From assembly GCA_026110335.1 (NCBI GenBank), contig GCA_026110335.1_3055.1: 64,000 nucleotides of DNA. The stretch is one strand, 5' to 3'. The position numbers and the translations under genes were made by a program. This DNA is from a phage. Of this stretch, positions 10,922 through 22,047 are shown in pieces. How positions within the stretch are numbered: the first letter of the stretch is position 1; each line of letters opens with the position of its first letter. The notes under the pieces were generated by a model that saw only the letters and a list, made by a program, of their open reading frames with translations, had not been told where the DNA came from and did no database searches.

Positions 10922-12037
10922 ATGGAAAAATTTATGGCAAAGTTTGGACAAGGATATGTCCAAACGCCATTTTTATCGGAAAGTAATTCAGTAAGATATA
11001 AAATAAGTATAGCGGGTTCTTGCCCGCTTTCTATAGCAGGACCATATGTCAAATTTCAGGATAATCCTATCGGAAGTCAAACATTTAACACAGGTCTTCA
11101 TTTAAGAGTTTTTGACCCTTCTACGGGAGCATTAGTTGATAGTAAGTCATATGCTTTTTCGACTTCAAATGATACTACATCAGCTGCTTTTGTTAGTTTC
11201 ATGAATTCTTTTTCAAACAACAGACTTGTTGCTATATTAACAAGTGGAAAGGTTAATTTTCCTCCTGAAGTAGTATCTTGGTTAAGAACAGCAGGAACGT
11301 CTGCTTTTCCATCTGACTCTGTATTGTCAAGATTTGATGTATCATATGCTGCTTTTTACACTTCTTCTAAAAGAGCTATTGCATTAGAACATGTTAAACT
11401 GAGTAATAGAAAAAGCACAGATGATTATCAAACTATTTTAGATGTTGTATTTGACAGTTTAGAAGATGTTGGAGCTACCGGGTTTCCAAGAAGAACGTAT
11501 GAAAGTGTTGAGCAATTTATGTCAGCGGTTGGTGGAACTAATAACGAAATTGCACGTTTACCAACTTCATCCGCGATAAGTAAACTCTCTGATTATAATT
11601 TAATTCCTGGCGATGTTCTTTATCTTAAAGCACAGCTATATGCTGATGCCGATTTACTTGCGCTTGGAACTACAAATATATCTATCCGTTTTTATGATGA
11701 ATCGAATGGATATATTTCTTCAACACATGCTGAGTTTACTGGACAAGCTGAGTCATGGGAATTAAAGGAAGATTATGTAGTTATTCCAGAAAATGCAGTA
11801 GGATTTACGATATATGCACAAAGAACTGCACAAGCAGGTCAAGGTGGCATGAGGAATTTAAGTTTTTCTGAAGTATCAAGAAATGGCGGAATTTCAAAAC
11901 CTGCTGAATTTGGCGTCAATGGTATTCGCGTTAATTATGTCTGTGAATCTGCTTCACCTCCGGATATAATGGTACTTCCTACACAAGCATCGTCTAAAAC
12001 TGGTAAAGTGTTTGGACAAGAATTTAGAGAAGTTTAA
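10922..12037 (+). CDS. 35: long tail fibre hinge protein gp35
   Basis: 371 aa; GAGG SD; immediately follows gene 34. Confidence 0.8.
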   Translation: MEKFMAKFGQGYVQTPFLSESNSVRYKISIAGSCPLSIAGPYVKFQDNPIGSQTFNTGLHLRVFDPSTGALVDSKSYAFSTSNDTTSAAFVSFMNSFSNNRLVAILTSGKVNFPPEVVSWLRTAGTSAFPSDSVLSRFDVSYAAFYTSSKRAIALEHVKLSNRKSTDDYQTILDVVFDSLEDVGATGFPRRTYESVEQFMSAVGGTNNEIARLPTSSAISKLSDYNLIPGDVLYLKAQLYADADLLALGTTNISIRFYDESNGYISSTHAEFTGQAESWELKEDYVVIPENAVGFTIYAQRTAQAGQGGMRNLSFSEVSRNGGISKPAEFGVNGIRVNYVCESASPPDIMVLPTQASSKTGKVFGQEFREV

Positions 12038-12040
12038 ATT

Positions 12041-12069
12041 GAGGGAGCCTTCGGGTTCCCTTTTTCTTT
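12041..12069 (+). terminator. terminator after gene 35
   Basis: hairpin GGGAGCC-UUCG-GGUUCCC followed by TTTTTCTTT. Confidence 0.6.
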
Positions 12070-12076
12070 ATAAATA
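12069..12076 (+). promoter_or_regulatory. late promoter for genes 36-37
   Basis: exact TATAAATA 24 nt upstream of gene 36 ATG. Confidence 0.7.
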
Positions 12077-12099
12077 CTATTAAAATAAAGGGGCATACA

Positions 12100-12756
12100 A
12101 TGGCTGATTTAAAAGTAGGTTCAACAACTGGAGGCTCTGTCATTTGGCATCAAGGAAATTTTCCATTGAATCCAGCCGGTGACGATGTACTCTATAAATC
12201 ATTTAAAATATATTCAGAATACAATAAACCGCAAGCTGCTGATAACGATTTTGTTTCTAAAGCTAATGGTGGTACTTATTTAAATAAAGTAATTTTTAAT
12301 AAAGGAATGACTGTTCCTGGCGCAGGGTCAGGCGATAACGGTATTTTTGCTGGTCCTGGTGATAGTGCCACGTATGATACTACAAATATGGATATTGTTT
12401 CGTGGTATGGTATTGGTTTTAAATCATCACAAGGAACAGCAGGTAGAACTGTAGTAATTAACACACGAAATGGAGATATTAGCTCAAAGGGCGTAATTGA
12501 AGCATCACAAATCCGTGTAACTTCGTTATCACCAGTAAATAATTATGACCTTACGCGGAAAGATTATGTTGATGGAGCAATAAATATTGTTACAGCAAAC
12601 GCAAACTCTAGGGTATTACGCTCTGGAGATACTATGACAGGAAATTTAACTGCGCCAAACCTTTTTTCACAGAATCCTGCATCTCAACCCTCGCATGTTC
12701 CACGATTTGATCAAATTGTTATTAAGGATTCTGTTCAAGATTTCGGCTATTATTAA
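12100..12756 (+). CDS. 36: long tail fibre distal connector gp36
   Basis: 218 aa; own late promoter; position between 35 and 37. Confidence 0.8.
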   Translation: MADLKVGSTTGGSVIWHQGNFPLNPAGDDVLYKSFKIYSEYNKPQAADNDFVSKANGGTYLNKVIFNKGMTVPGAGSGDNGIFAGPGDSATYDTTNMDIVSWYGIGFKSSQGTAGRTVVINTRNGDISSKGVIEASQIRVTSLSPVNNYDLTRKDYVDGAINIVTANANSRVLRSGDTMTGNLTAPNLFSQNPASQPSHVPRFDQIVIKDSVQDFGYY

Positions 12757-12764
12757 GAGGACTT

Positions 12765-15700
12765 ATGGCTACTTTAAAACAAATACAATTTAAAAGAAGC
12801 AAAACTGCAGGAGCACGTCCTGCCGCTTCAGTATTAGCCGAAGGTGAATTGGCTATAAACTTAAAAGACCGCGTACTTTTTACTAAAGATGACCAAGGAA
12901 ATATTATTGATCTGGGTTTTGCTAAAGGCGGTAGTATTGACGGGAATGTTATTCATACAGGTAATTATAACCAAACCGGCGATTATACTTTAAATGGCAC
13001 CTTCACTCAGACAGGTAATTTTAATTTAACTGGTATTGCTCGAGTAACTCGCGATATTATTGCCGCTGGGCAGATTATGACTGAGGGCGGAGAACTTATT
13101 ACAAAAAGCTCAGGTACAGCGCATGTTCGTTTTTTCGATAACAATAGCCGCGAACGTGGAATCATTTATACCCCGGCCAATGATGGTTTAACTACACAAG
13201 TACTTAATATCAGGGTTCAAGACTACGCCGCTGGTGATGAAAGCACCTATGCATTTTCGGGCAGTGGCCTATTTACTTCACCTGAAGTATCAGCATGGAA
13301 ATCTATTTCGTCTCCACAAATTCTGACCAACAAAGTCATTACAAATGGGAAGAAGACCGGCGATTATGACATTTATTCATTATCAAATAACACTCCAATG
13401 GCAGAAGGCGAAACGGCTATTAACCACCTCCGTGTTATGCGAAATGCTGTAGGAGCAGGTATTTTCCACGAAGTTAATGTTAATGACGGAATAACCTGGT
13501 ATTCCGGAGATGGCTTAGACACTTATCTTTGGTCGTTTAACTGGGCCGGTGGATTGAAAGCAGGCCATTCTATTTCTATAGGTCTTCCGGGTGGCTCTAA
13601 AGGATATTCTGAATTAGGGACTGCCTCAATTGTTCTTGGGGATAATGATACCGGATTTAAATGGCATCAGGACGGATATTATTTCAGCGTTAATAATGGA
13701 ACAAAAACGTTTTTATTTAGTCCCAGCGAAACAACTAGCCTAAGAAAATTTGTAGCTGGATATTCTACTAACGGAACCGATTTAACTACTCCTCCAACTG
13801 AAAACTATGCTTTGGCCACTGTTGTTACTTACCATGATAATAACGCGTTTGGAGACGGTCAGACTCTTTTAGGATATTATCAAGGTGGTAATTATCATCA
13901 TTATTTCCGCGGTAAGGGTACTACAAACATTAATACTCACGGTGGTTTGTTAGTTACTCCTGGTAATATTGACGTTATTGGTGGTTCTGTTAATATTGAT
14001 GGTCGTAATAATTCTTCTACGCTGTTGTTTAGAGGTAACACGACCGGAGCTAGTTCAGTTGATAATATGACAATTTCCGTTTGGGGCAATACGTTTACTA
14101 ATCCTAGTGTAGGTAATCGTAAAAACGTCATGGAAATTTCTGACGCAACTAGTTGGATGAGCTATATTCAAAGACTTACAACAGGTGAAGTAGAAATGAA
14201 CGTTAACGGTTCATTTGAATCATCTGGTGTTACTGCTGGAAATAGAGGAGTTCACACAACAGGCGAAATTTCATCTGGAGCAGTGAATGCGCTTCGTATT
14301 TGGAATGCAGATTATGGAGCTATTTTTAGACGTTCAGAAGGTAGTCTTCATATTATTCCAACTGCTTACGGTGAAGGTAAACATGGTGATATCGGTCCAC
14401 TTCGCCCGTTTAGTATGGCTTTAGATACCGGTAAAGTTACTATTCCAGATTTACAATCAAGTTACAATACGTTTGCTGCTAACGGTTATATTAAATTTGC
14501 TGGTCATGGAGCGGGTGCCGGCGGTTATGCTATTCAATATGTTCAAGCAGCTCCTATTTTCCAGGAAATCGATGATGATGCTGTAAGCAAATATTATCCT
14601 ATTGTTAAACAGAAGTTTTTAAACGGTAAAGCTGTCTGGTCTTTAGGTACTGAAATTAATTCGGGTACATTCGTTATTCATCATCTGAAAGAAGATGGTT
14701 CACAAGGCCATACGTCTCGTTTTAATCAAGACGGTACTGTTAACTTCCCAGATAACGTTGCTGTCGGCGGCGGTGAAGCTACTATTGCTCGTAATGGTAA
14801 CATCTGGTCTGATATCTGGAAAACGTTTACTTCAGCTGGTGACGTAACTAATATTCGCGATGCTATTGCTACTCGCGTTGCCAAAGAAGGCGACACGATG
14901 ACAGGCCGTTTAACTCTTAATGCCAACTCGGATGCTATTATTATTAACAGTGCTGCAACCGAATCTTGTTATGTGAAAGGACAAAAAGCGGGCGTTAATA
15001 ACTGGTATGTTGGTAATGGTGGGGCTGATAATGCCATATCGTTTTATAGTTTCCGAAATAATTCAGGCATAATTGTTAATAATGGTGGCGATATTGCTTT
15101 AAACCCAGAAGGGTCAGCCACTTTTAATTTTAATAGGGACCGACTTTTTATTAATGGCTCTGTCTGGACCAGTCACCAGGCCGGCGATTGGGGAAATCAA
15201 TGGCGCCAGGAAGCTCCGATATTTGTGGATTTTGGCTACGTCGGTAATGATAGTTATTATCCAATTATCAAAGGAAAATCTGTTATTACGAATGAAGGAT
15301 ACGTATCTGGTGTTGATTTCGGTATGCGCCGTATCACTAATACTTGGGCACAAGGTATTATCCGTGTAGGTAATCAGGAAAACGGTTCCAGCCCACAAGC
15401 TATCTATGAATTTCACCACAATGGAGTTATGTATGTTCCTGACATGGTTAAAACTGGAGCAAGATTATCAGCTGGCGGTGGTGACCCGGTGTGGACTGGA
15501 CCATGTCTTGTTATTGGTGATAATGATACCGGATTAGTTCATGGTGGTGACGGTCGTATTAACATGGTTGCAAATGGAATGCATATTGCTTCATGGTCGT
15601 CCGCTTACCATCTCCATGAAGGTCTTTGGGATACCACTGGTGCTTTGTGGACTGAACATGGAAGAGCTATTATTTCTTTTGGTCATTTAATCCAACAAAG

Positions 15701-16076
15701 CGATGCCTATTCTACATATGTTCGAGATGTTTATGTCCGTTCGGATATTCGTGTTAAAAAAGACCTTGTTAAATTTGAAAATGCTTCTCAGAAGCTTTCT
15801 AAAATTAACGGTTACACTTATATGCAGAAGCGAGGCCTAGATGAAGAAGGCAATCAGAAATGGGAACCTAACGCCGGTTTAATTGCTCAAGAAGTTCAAG
15901 CTATTTTACCAGAATTAGTTGAAGGTGACCCTGATGGCGAAGCTTTACTTCGTTTGAACTATAACGGTGTAATTGGTTTAAATACAGCTGCAATCAATGA
16001 GCATACTGCAGAAATTGCAGAACTTAAATCAGAAATCGAAGAACTTAAAGCATTAGTTAAATCATTGTTAAAATAA
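12765..16076 (+). CDS. 37: long tail fibre distal subunit gp37 with C-terminal chaperone-like module
   Basis: 1103 aa; GAGG SD; C-terminal ~110 aa coiled-coil segment ('[37 protein letters not shown]') resembling intramolecular chaperone domains. Confidence 0.85.
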   Translation: MATLKQIQFKRSKTAGARPAASVLAEGELAINLKDRVLFTKDDQGNIIDLGFAKGGSIDGNVIHTGNYNQTGDYTLNGTFTQTGNFNLTGIARVTRDIIAAGQIMTEGGELITKSSGTAHVRFFDNNSRERGIIYTPANDGLTTQVLNIRVQDYAAGDESTYAFSGSGLFTSPEVSAWKSISSPQILTNKVITNGKKTGDYDIYSLSNNTPMAEGETAINHLRVMRNAVGAGIFHEVNVNDGITWYSGDGLDTYLWSFNWAGGLKAGHSISIGLPGGSKGYSELGTASIVLGDNDTGFKWHQDGYYFSVNNGTKTFLFSPSETTSLRKFVAGYSTNGTDLTTPPTENYALATVVTYHDNNAFGDGQTLLGYYQGGNYHHYFRGKGTTNINTHGGLLVTPGNIDVIGGSVNIDGRNNSSTLLFRGNTTGASSVDNMTISVWGNTFTNPSVGNRKNVMEISDATSWMSYIQRLTTGEVEMNVNGSFESSGVTAGNRGVHTTGEISSGAVNALRIWNADYGAIFRRSEGSLHIIPTAYGEGKHGDIGPLRPFSMALDTGKVTIPDLQSSYNTFAANGYIKFAGHGAGAGGYAIQYVQAAPIFQEIDDDAVSKYYPIVKQKFLNGKAVWSLGTEINSGTFVIHHLKEDGSQGHTSRFNQDGTVNFPDNVAVGGGEATIARNGNIWSDIWKTFTSAGDVTNIRDAIATRVAKEGDTMTGRLTLNANSDAIIINSAATESCYVKGQKAGVNNWYVGNGGADNAISFYSFRNNSGIIVNNGGDIALNPEGSATFNFNRDRLFINGSVWTSHQAGDWGNQWRQEAPIFVDFGYVGNDSYYPIIKGKSVITNEGYVSGVDFGMRRITNTWAQGIIRVGNQENGSSPQAIYEFHHNGVMYVPDMVKTGARLSAGGGDPVWTGPCLVIGDNDTGLVHGGDGRINMVANGMHIASWSSAYHLHEGLWDTTGALWTEHGRAIISFGHLIQQSDAYSTYVRDVYVRSDIRVKKDLVKFENASQKLSKINGYTYMQKRGLDEEGNQKWEPNAGLIAQEVQAILPELVEGDPDGEALLRLNYNGVIGLNTAAINEHTAEIAELKSEIEELKALVKSLLK

Positions 16077-16081
16077 TAAGA

Positions 16082-16095
16082 GGGGCTTCGGCCCC
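16082..16095 (+). other. C(UUCG)G hairpin between genes 37 and 38
   Basis: GGGGC-UUCG-GCCCC directly 5' of the gene 38 GGAGG SD; no U-run. Confidence 0.6.
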
Positions 16096-16107
16096 TTGGA
16101 GGTTTAT

Positions 16108-16884
16108 ATGGCAGTAACAGGACCATGGGTAGGATCGTCTGCAGTAGTTAATACAGGACAAAATTGGATGGGTGGCGCGGCCCAACGATTAAGAATGGGT
16201 GCTCCATTTTGGATGAGTAATATGATAGGTCGATCTGTTGAAATAATTCACACGCTTGGAGCAGACCATAACTTCAATGGTCAATGGTTCCGAGATAGAT
16301 GTTTTGAGGCAGGTAGTGCACCTATAGTGTTTAATATCACTGGAGATTTAGTATCATATTCTAAAGATGTTCCTTTATTCTTCATGTACGGAGATACACC
16401 GAATGAATATGTTCAACTGAATATACATGGTGTAACGATGTATGGCCGTGGCGGGAATGGCGGTAGCAATGGTCCTGGCTCAGCTGGAGGTCATTGTATT
16501 CAAAACGATATTGGTGGGAGACTAAGAATTAATAATGGCGGAGCTATCGCAGGCGGTGGCGGTGGTGGCGGTGGTGGGTATTATTCTCCTACGAAACCAA
16601 TGAAATTAACCTTTGGTGGTGGTGGCGGTCGTCCGTTTGGTGCTGCTGGTGGATCTGCCAACATGCAATCAGGCGCAACTGCTGGTACTCTTTATGCGCC
16701 TGGTTCGGGGTCTGTAAACGGTGTCTACAATGGCGGAAACGGTGGCGAAGTTGGCTCCGCAGGAGGTAGATGTAATATTCGTGGTCAAGGATCTGAACAT
16801 AATGGCGGAGCTGCTGGTTATGCCGTCATAGGGTCTACACCGACATGGCAAAACGTTGGAGCAATATATGGTCCAAGAGTATAA
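16108..16884 (+). CDS. 38: T2-type tail-fibre adhesin gp38
   Basis: 258 aa from ATG at 16108 (GGAGG SD; track start is TTG); poly-Gly blocks '[11 protein letters not shown]', '[15 protein letters not shown]'. Confidence 0.8.
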   Translation: MAVTGPWVGSSAVVNTGQNWMGGAAQRLRMGAPFWMSNMIGRSVEIIHTLGADHNFNGQWFRDRCFEAGSAPIVFNITGDLVSYSKDVPLFFMYGDTPNEYVQLNIHGVTMYGRGGNGGSNGPGSAGGHCIQNDIGGRLRINNGGAIAGGGGGGGGGYYSPTKPMKLTFGGGGGRPFGAAGGSANMQSGATAGTLYAPGSGSVNGVYNGGNGGEVGSAGGRCNIRGQGSEHNGGAAGYAVIGSTPTWQNVGAIYGPRV

Positions 16885-16914
16885 TTTGAATAAATATCCT
16901 TAAAAGGAGGGTCT

Positions 16915-17571
16915 ATGGCAGCACCTAGAATATCATTTTCGCCCTCTGATATTCTGTTGGGTGTTCTAGATCGCTTGTTCAAAGATAACGCTACCGGGAA
17001 GGTTCTTGCTTCCCGGGTAGCTGTCGTAATTCTTTTATTTATGATGGCGATTGTTTGGTATAGGGGAGATAGTTTCTTTGAGTACTATAAGCAATCAAAG
17101 TATGAAACATACCGTGAAATTGTTGAAAAGGAAAGAACTGCACGCTTTGAATCTGTCGCCCTGGAACAACTCCAGATAGTTCATATATCATCTGAGGCAG
17201 ACTTTAGTGCGGTGTATTCTTTCCGCCCTAAAAACTTAAACTATTTTGTTGATATTATAGCATACGAAGGAAAATTACCTTCGACAATAAGTGAAAAATC
17301 ACTTGGAGGATATCCTGTTGATAAAACTATGGATGAATATGCAGTCCATTTAAATGGACGTCATTATTATTCTAACTCAAAATTTGCTTTTTTACCAACT
17401 AAAAAGCCTACTCCCGAAATAAACTACATGTATAGTTGTCCATATTTTAATTTGGATAATATCTATGCTGGAACGATAACCATGTACTGGTATAGAAATG
17501 ATCATATAAGTAATGACCGCCTTGAATCAATATGTGCTCAGGCGGCCAGAATATTAGGAAGGGCTAAATAA
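16915..17571 (+). CDS. t: holin T
   Basis: 218 aa; AGGAGG SD; single N-terminal TM segment 'VAVVILLFMMAIVWY' plus large C-terminal domain; matches T4 holin as recalled. Confidence 0.9.
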   Translation: MAAPRISFSPSDILLGVLDRLFKDNATGKVLASRVAVVILLFMMAIVWYRGDSFFEYYKQSKYETYREIVEKERTARFESVALEQLQIVHISSEADFSAVYSFRPKNLNYFVDIIAYEGKLPSTISEKSLGGYPVDKTMDEYAVHLNGRHYYSNSKFAFLPTKKPTPEINYMYSCPYFNLDNIYAGTITMYWYRNDHISNDRLESICAQAARILGRAK

Positions 17572-17844
17572 TTATTTGTTCGTATACATCTCTAGATATC
17601 GATATACACCCTCAAAACCCTCGTTGAATTCGTCGATGAGGGTTTTCTTATCTTCTTGAGTTAATTCAGAAACAATTTTACGGAATGAATTCTGATTTAA
17701 TTTTCTACCTTCATGCGTTACTCCAATCTCATTCAGAAATGCAATAAAATTAGCACGATTCTCAACAATATCTTCTCTGGAAAATTTAATCAAAATAGAC
17801 GCAACAGTAATAATTTCACGAACTGTATCAATATTTTTATTCAT
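17572..17844 (-). CDS. asiA: anti-sigma70 protein AsiA
   Basis: 90 aa; convergent with t, zero intergenic gap; sequence matches T4 AsiA as recalled. Confidence 0.85.
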   Translation of the reverse strand: MNKNIDTVREIITVASILIKFSREDIVENRANFIAFLNEIGVTHEGRKLNQNSFRKIVSELTQEDKKTLIDEFNEGFEGVYRYLEMYTNK

Positions 17845-17856
17845 TAACTATACCGC

Positions 17857-18009
17857 TCAATTAGTTGACTTTGTTATAATATCATCAGACGCTTGATTTG
17901 TAAACTGGTCTGTGTTATTTTCTTCAAAAATTTTTTCTATGAATTCCTTGAACGACTCACGTTCCTGAGCTACATTATGCTCGATTACCTTTTCAAGATT
18001 ATGACTCAT
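17857..18009 (-). CDS. hypothetical 50-aa acidic protein
   Basis: ATG overlaps arn stop (ATGA); below the 60-aa track cutoff; contains the asiA promoter, so coding status is uncertain. Confidence 0.35.
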   Translation of the reverse strand: MSHNLEKVIEHNVAQERESFKEFIEKIFEENNTDQFTNQASDDIITKSTN

Positions 18010-18284
18010 TCGAAATAATCTTCAATTTCATAATCATGGACATAAATCATTATAGTTTTTAATACATCATCAATACTTTTTCCTGGAGCTGGAATTACGT
18101 AGAAATATCCTGCTTTTGAGAGGTCTTTATAAGTTCCAATCAAGAAATCATTATTCTCAAGATGTAGTTCTTCAACTAATTCATTAACAATTGAGTGGTA
18201 TAAATTTGGTAGAAACTTATATAGCTTTTCTAGAATATCAATTTTGATTGTGTATTGAACCACGGACTGAGAATCAATAATCAT
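18006..18284 (-). CDS. arn: anti-restriction nuclease Arn (candidate)
   Basis: 92 aa, the length recalled for T4 Arn; position just upstream of asiA. Confidence 0.6.
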   Translation of the reverse strand: MIIDSQSVVQYTIKIDILEKLYKFLPNLYHSIVNELVEELHLENNDFLIGTYKDLSKAGYFYVIPAPGKSIDDVLKTIMIYVHDYEIEDYFE

Positions 18285-18367
18285 AGACCTTCCCCTTATG
18301 TTTCTGTTTGCGATTAGATTCTTTAAACGCTTTCTTCTTATCCTTATGAACAGAAGCTTTATTAAAA

Positions 18368-18586
18368 TTATGTTTTGCGACTAAATTGTTCATAGTGCTG
18401 AATTACCTCTCTCAAACATTTGCATGTGAATGAAAACTTTTTAGCTACACCACATTCAAATATATGTTCTCTTAAATCGCGTGTATCGGTATATCCCATC
18501 TCAACGATAAAATGCCGTATTAGATTTTTATCTTTATCATTGAGAGAATTAAAATAATCAGATTTTGAATTAATTTCCCTGGCCAA
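18368..18586 (-). CDS. hypothetical protein
   Basis: 72 aa if the TTG start (AAGGTGA SD) is used; overlaps the upstream ORF by 17 nt. Confidence 0.4.
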   Translation of the reverse strand: MAREINSKSDYFNSLNDKDKNLIRHFIVEMGYTDTRDLREHIFECGVAKKFSFTCKCLREVIQHYEQFSRKT

Positions 18587-18866
18587 ATTGAATCACCTTC
18601 AGTTGACGTTTTAACTCTTTTATCATTTCTTCGTTCATCGCAATATAAAGATCGCGTAAAGCAGGTTTTAGCATTCCATTTACTGGAGAACTAAATGGAC
18701 ATACATAATCTTTTCCTACAAGCTTTTTGGCGAATTCCATATCGCAGAACTTAAATCCCGGCTCATTGGTATAAATTCCCCAATTAGTTGACATCATTTT
18801 ATTGGCATATTCCAATGCCTGGATTTGATTCATAATTCCATCAATTTGAAACTTTTTAATATTCAT
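18570..18866 (-). CDS. hypothetical protein
   Basis: 98 aa; ATG; stop/start TAATG overlap with upstream gene. Confidence 0.5.
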   Translation of the reverse strand: MNIKKFQIDGIMNQIQALEYANKMMSTNWGIYTNEPGFKFCDMEFAKKLVGKDYVCPFSSPVNGMLKPALRDLYIAMNEEMIKELKRQLKVIQFGQGN

Positions 18867-19327
18867 TAGTAAAGGTCCTCAGAGTAAAGTTCTTTTTCAC
18901 TACCACCACGTTCAATACGTACTTGTCCAGCGTAAGTTGCAATAATCATTGCTTCTTCACGTGTCCAATAATTACTATATTGGTCAATAAACCCTTGGTC
19001 ATCATCACAAACTTGTTGAGTAACTAATTGAGGTTTAACTACATCTAAAACTTCTGCCATATCTTTAGAATAATGACGAGCACCTGGAATAATAAGAGTT
19101 CGTCCATCTTTTAATTTAAAACGGTTGGCTGCGCAGACAATTCGTCGTTGATACTTTTGGTTTTCATCCCAATACGCAGTCTGCCAACAGATTTCAGGAA
19201 CTTCTTTCAGAATATCTTCTTCTGTGCATTTATAACCATGCGCTTTAAATTTTTGAACAAGACTCTCCGGAGTCTCACGAGATAAAGGAACATTTAGCAT
19301 TTTTAAACGATTAATAAATGGGTTCAT
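18866..19327 (-). CDS. hypothetical protein
   Basis: 153 aa; arn-motA interval. Confidence 0.5.
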   Translation of the reverse strand: MNPFINRLKMLNVPLSRETPESLVQKFKAHGYKCTEEDILKEVPEICWQTAYWDENQKYQRRIVCAANRFKLKDGRTLIIPGARHYSKDMAEVLDVVKPQLVTQQVCDDDQGFIDQYSNYWTREEAMIIATYAGQVRIERGGSEKELYSEDLY

Positions 19328-19653
19328 TTAAACCATCCTTTAATACGTTGCCACAAAGTTTTCTGTTGAGCTTTGTTAACACCAATTGAACGAATAACTG
19401 GTTGAGATTCCTGGAATTCTTTATAATCAGCAAGGTAAATTTCGTAAGCTGCATCCGTAAATGAACTTATCGCTGCCATAAAATTATTGCGAATACCTAC
19501 TGGAGCATCTTTACTTTCACGAATAATCATGTATTTACCAGTCTTAATCTTTACGATAGTTCCAAGATAAGCTCCGTGGTACCAGATGTCCCAACCCTCT
19601 TGAGTAGGTTCTGCGCAACGACGAAGTTCATTAACGATTTCTAACTTGTTCAT
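19324..19653 (-). CDS. hypothetical protein (motA.1-like position)
   Basis: 109 aa; immediately downstream of motA. Confidence 0.5.
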   Translation of the reverse strand: MNKLEIVNELRRCAEPTQEGWDIWYHGAYLGTIVKIKTGKYMIIRESKDAPVGIRNNFMAAISSFTDAAYEIYLADYKEFQESQPVIRSIGVNKAQQKTLWQRIKGWFK

Positions 19654-19663
19654 TATTTATTCC

Positions 19664-20299
19664 TCACAGTTCAGATGCTACAGTGATTACAGCTTCAATG
19701 TTTTCTGCCGAGCGTTTAATGTCAAGATACACATTACCGTTTTTAGCGATTTTACATGACATTCCGATATCAGTAAATTTCTGAATATGATGTTCCATCA
19801 TTTTGTATCCAAAAATTCGCATATTTCCATTGTTGTTAATTTCAAAATTACGAATTCCGTGAGTGCGTTTTTCTAAAATAGCAAGATAGTTACTACGATA
19901 AGTTTCAACTTTTTTAAGAACAAATCCATTTTCATCCAAAAGTTTTAACATGAAGTCTTTATCTTCTTCCATATCAGAAGTAATCTCACGAGCTTTACGA
20001 GTTGCTCGTTTTTTCAGCAGTTCCGGAGCGTTTTCCTGTGCGTATAAAGTTGCTGCATTTGAAATAATATCCTGAGCTTCACCAGTAATGATTAATCCAT
20101 CACCAGATTTCTCCACCAGGCCTTTTTTAATCAATACCCCAATATTACTATTAACTACTGCATTACCTAAATCTGGATGCACCTCACGAACTTCTGCAGC
20201 TGTAATGAAATCTTTCTTAGCAATAGTAATTAAAATCGCAGCAGTTTTTTCATTCAGAACATCGTTAGAAGCTTTGATGATGTAAGTTACTTTAGACAT
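19664..20299 (-). CDS. motA: middle-promoter transcription activator MotA
   Basis: 211 aa; early promoter and terminator hairpin upstream; length and sequence match T4 MotA as recalled. Confidence 0.85.
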   Translation of the reverse strand: MSKVTYIIKASNDVLNEKTAAILITIAKKDFITAAEVREVHPDLGNAVVNSNIGVLIKKGLVEKSGDGLIITGEAQDIISNAATLYAQENAPELLKKRATRKAREITSDMEEDKDFMLKLLDENGFVLKKVETYRSNYLAILEKRTHGIRNFEINNNGNMRIFGYKMMEHHIQKFTDIGMSCKIAKNGNVYLDIKRSAENIEAVITVASEL

Positions 20300-20340
20300 T
20301 TTCTAATCTCCGTAATTCTGTATCAGTAGTTGATAGTTGT

Positions 20341-20370
20341 ATAGTACCACAGTATGCTTTGGTTGTAAAC
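20341..20370 (-). promoter_or_regulatory. early promoter for motA
   Basis: minus strand GTTTAC, spacer, TGGTACTAT; AT-rich UP region upstream. Confidence 0.5.
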
Positions 20371-20402
20371 CGTTTTGTGAAAAAAATTTTTGAAATAAAA
20401 AA

Positions 20403-20422
20403 GGGAGAGCCTCGGCTCTCCC
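20403..20422 (-). terminator. terminator downstream of gene 52 and the 49-aa ORF
   Basis: GGGAGAGC-n4-GCUCUCCC hairpin followed by UUUUUUAUUU on the minus strand. Confidence 0.6.
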
Positions 20423-20427
20423 TAAAA

Positions 20428-20577
20428 TTACTGCATGACTGTGACAACTATCATGATAACACGTTGAATGCCGAACGCAAGAAGACCTCCTGCTACGGCT
20501 GGAACAACGCCTAAACCCGCCAGTAAAATGCCGCCAGATACTAATGCTGCGCTTGTAATACCAATGAATGGACTCAT
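20428..20577 (-). CDS. hypothetical 49-aa Gly/Ala-rich membrane peptide
   Basis: 'MSPFIGITSAALVSGGILLAGLGVVPAVAGG...'; ATG overlaps gene 52 stop (ATGA); followed by terminator hairpin. Confidence 0.45.
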   Translation of the reverse strand: MSPFIGITSAALVSGGILLAGLGVVPAVAGGLLAFGIQRVIMIVVTVMQ

Positions 20578-21902
20578 TTGATTTCCTCTAAATCTTTGGT
20601 GTATTCGGTAACTACATCAGTAGTTTTCCAATATTCGTTTTCTTCTTTTTTAGCTTTAGCTTCTTCAGCAAGTTTCTTTGCTTCATCAGAAGTCATATGA
20701 AAAATATTCATTCCAACTAGTTTATCAACATAAGAAGAATACATGTCGATTTTCGAAAGTTCTTCGGTCAGTTCTTTACGAGTTTTACCCTGTACAACAA
20801 TTTCACCTGAAATTACTTTCTTAATGAAATGTGCCTTGGCAAAGGCTAAACGAAATGCTGATTCAGTTTCTTTGATTTTGTTATCAATTCGTTTTTGGAC
20901 ATAAGTTTTACGAACTTCAACAAAGTCTTTAATTAAATCAACTACGTTATCGTAAACTTGCAGCTTTCCTTTCTCATTAATGACTGTAATATTTTGGGAA
21001 CGACGCTCAATCAACCCGAAGTCTTTCATGATTTTTGCATGGCGTTCTTCTTCGTTATCACTCAAAGAATATTCTTTACGGAATTTAACTTTAAAGCCAA
21101 AGCCATGTTCACCACAAGCATCATCCCATGTAATGAAGCCTTTATCTTCAAGCGGGTCTAAGATTTTACTCACATAAGTTTCACGATCATACTTATACGG
21201 AATCTCAGTGATATTCATTTGAGTTCGTGAAGTAAACTTGTACGTTCCACGAATTTCATATTGACCGTCAATTTCAACGACTTCACCACGAAATTCTGGG
21301 AATTCTACTTTCGGTTTAGTTACTTTCTTTCCTTGAAGAGCTTGTAATACAGCTTTCTTAACAGAAGAAACACTATGAGGAAGAATGTAAGTTGCATAAC
21401 CAGTTGCAATACCGGAAACGCCATTAAGAAGAACAGTAGGAATAACAGGCAAATAGAAAGCAGGCGGAATGTGTTCTTTATCTTGATGTACCGGAGCATA
21501 TTCAGTATCTTTATATACGTTATAGAAATTTTTACTTACACGAGCAAAAATATAACGACTTGCTGCTGCCTTTTGGACAGTACGAGAACCAAAGTTTCCT
21601 TGACCATCTAACAAAGGAAAGTTATTATTCCAAGTATTAGCCATCAAAGCACCTGCGTCTTGCGCAGAGTTTTCACCATGATGATATCCAAGGTCCGCTA
21701 CACCGCCTGCGATAGAAGCGAGTTTGTGAAACTTATCTTTATTTCCTCGTGCCAAATCAAGAGCTCGAGCAATAACAAATCGTTGAACTGGCTTAAATCC
21801 GTCAATCATATTTGGAATGGCACGATTTTCAACCGTGTACATAGCATAAGCCAATGCTTCATTATCAATGATACTTTTTAAATCGCGATTATTCAGTTGC
21901 AT
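20574..21902 (-). CDS. 52: DNA topoisomerase II medium subunit gp52
   Basis: 442 aa; GyrA-like N-terminal domain; matches T4 gp52 as recalled. Confidence 0.9.
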   Translation of the reverse strand: MQLNNRDLKSIIDNEALAYAMYTVENRAIPNMIDGFKPVQRFVIARALDLARGNKDKFHKLASIAGGVADLGYHHGENSAQDAGALMANTWNNNFPLLDGQGNFGSRTVQKAAASRYIFARVSKNFYNVYKDTEYAPVHQDKEHIPPAFYLPVIPTVLLNGVSGIATGYATYILPHSVSSVKKAVLQALQGKKVTKPKVEFPEFRGEVVEIDGQYEIRGTYKFTSRTQMNITEIPYKYDRETYVSKILDPLEDKGFITWDDACGEHGFGFKVKFRKEYSLSDNEEERHAKIMKDFGLIERRSQNITVINEKGKLQVYDNVVDLIKDFVEVRKTYVQKRIDNKIKETESAFRLAFAKAHFIKKVISGEIVVQGKTRKELTEELSKIDMYSSYVDKLVGMNIFHMTSDEAKKLAEEAKAKKEENEYWKTTDVVTEYTKDLEEIK

Positions 21903-21906
21903 AAAT

Positions 21907-22047
21907 TTACCATACTAGTGAATGTAGTGCCATAATAACATCAGAAATGAAAAGCACGACTTGAATTAATCCGAACATTATTCCGTAATATAATGCTATC
22001 AATAAAATAGCAAGGGCTAGTGAATAGCCCAAGATTTTCTTAATCAT
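21907..22047 (-). CDS. hypothetical 46-aa hydrophobic peptide
   Basis: 'MIKKILGYSLALAILLIALYYG...'; ATGA overlap with next ORF; ends 4 nt before gene 52. Confidence 0.4.
   Translation of the reverse strand: MIKKILGYSLALAILLIALYYGIMFGLIQVVLFISDVIMALHSLVW

Noticed and set aside
16520-16720. GGT/GGC-rich repetitive DNA that might be taken for a simple tandem repeat or array
   Set aside because: It is in frame within gene 38 and encodes the poly-Gly blocks of the adhesin; no spacer-repeat periodicity
16885-16914. Possible late promoter for holin t ('AATAAATA' plus 'TATAAT')
   Set aside because: One mismatch to TATAAATA and ambiguous with a sigma70-like -10; t may be transcribed by read-through from gene 38
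18274-18393. 39-codon highly basic ORF overlapping the arn start and the 3' end of the 72-aa ORF
   Set aside because: Overlaps two better-supported ORFs and has no convincing ribosome-binding site
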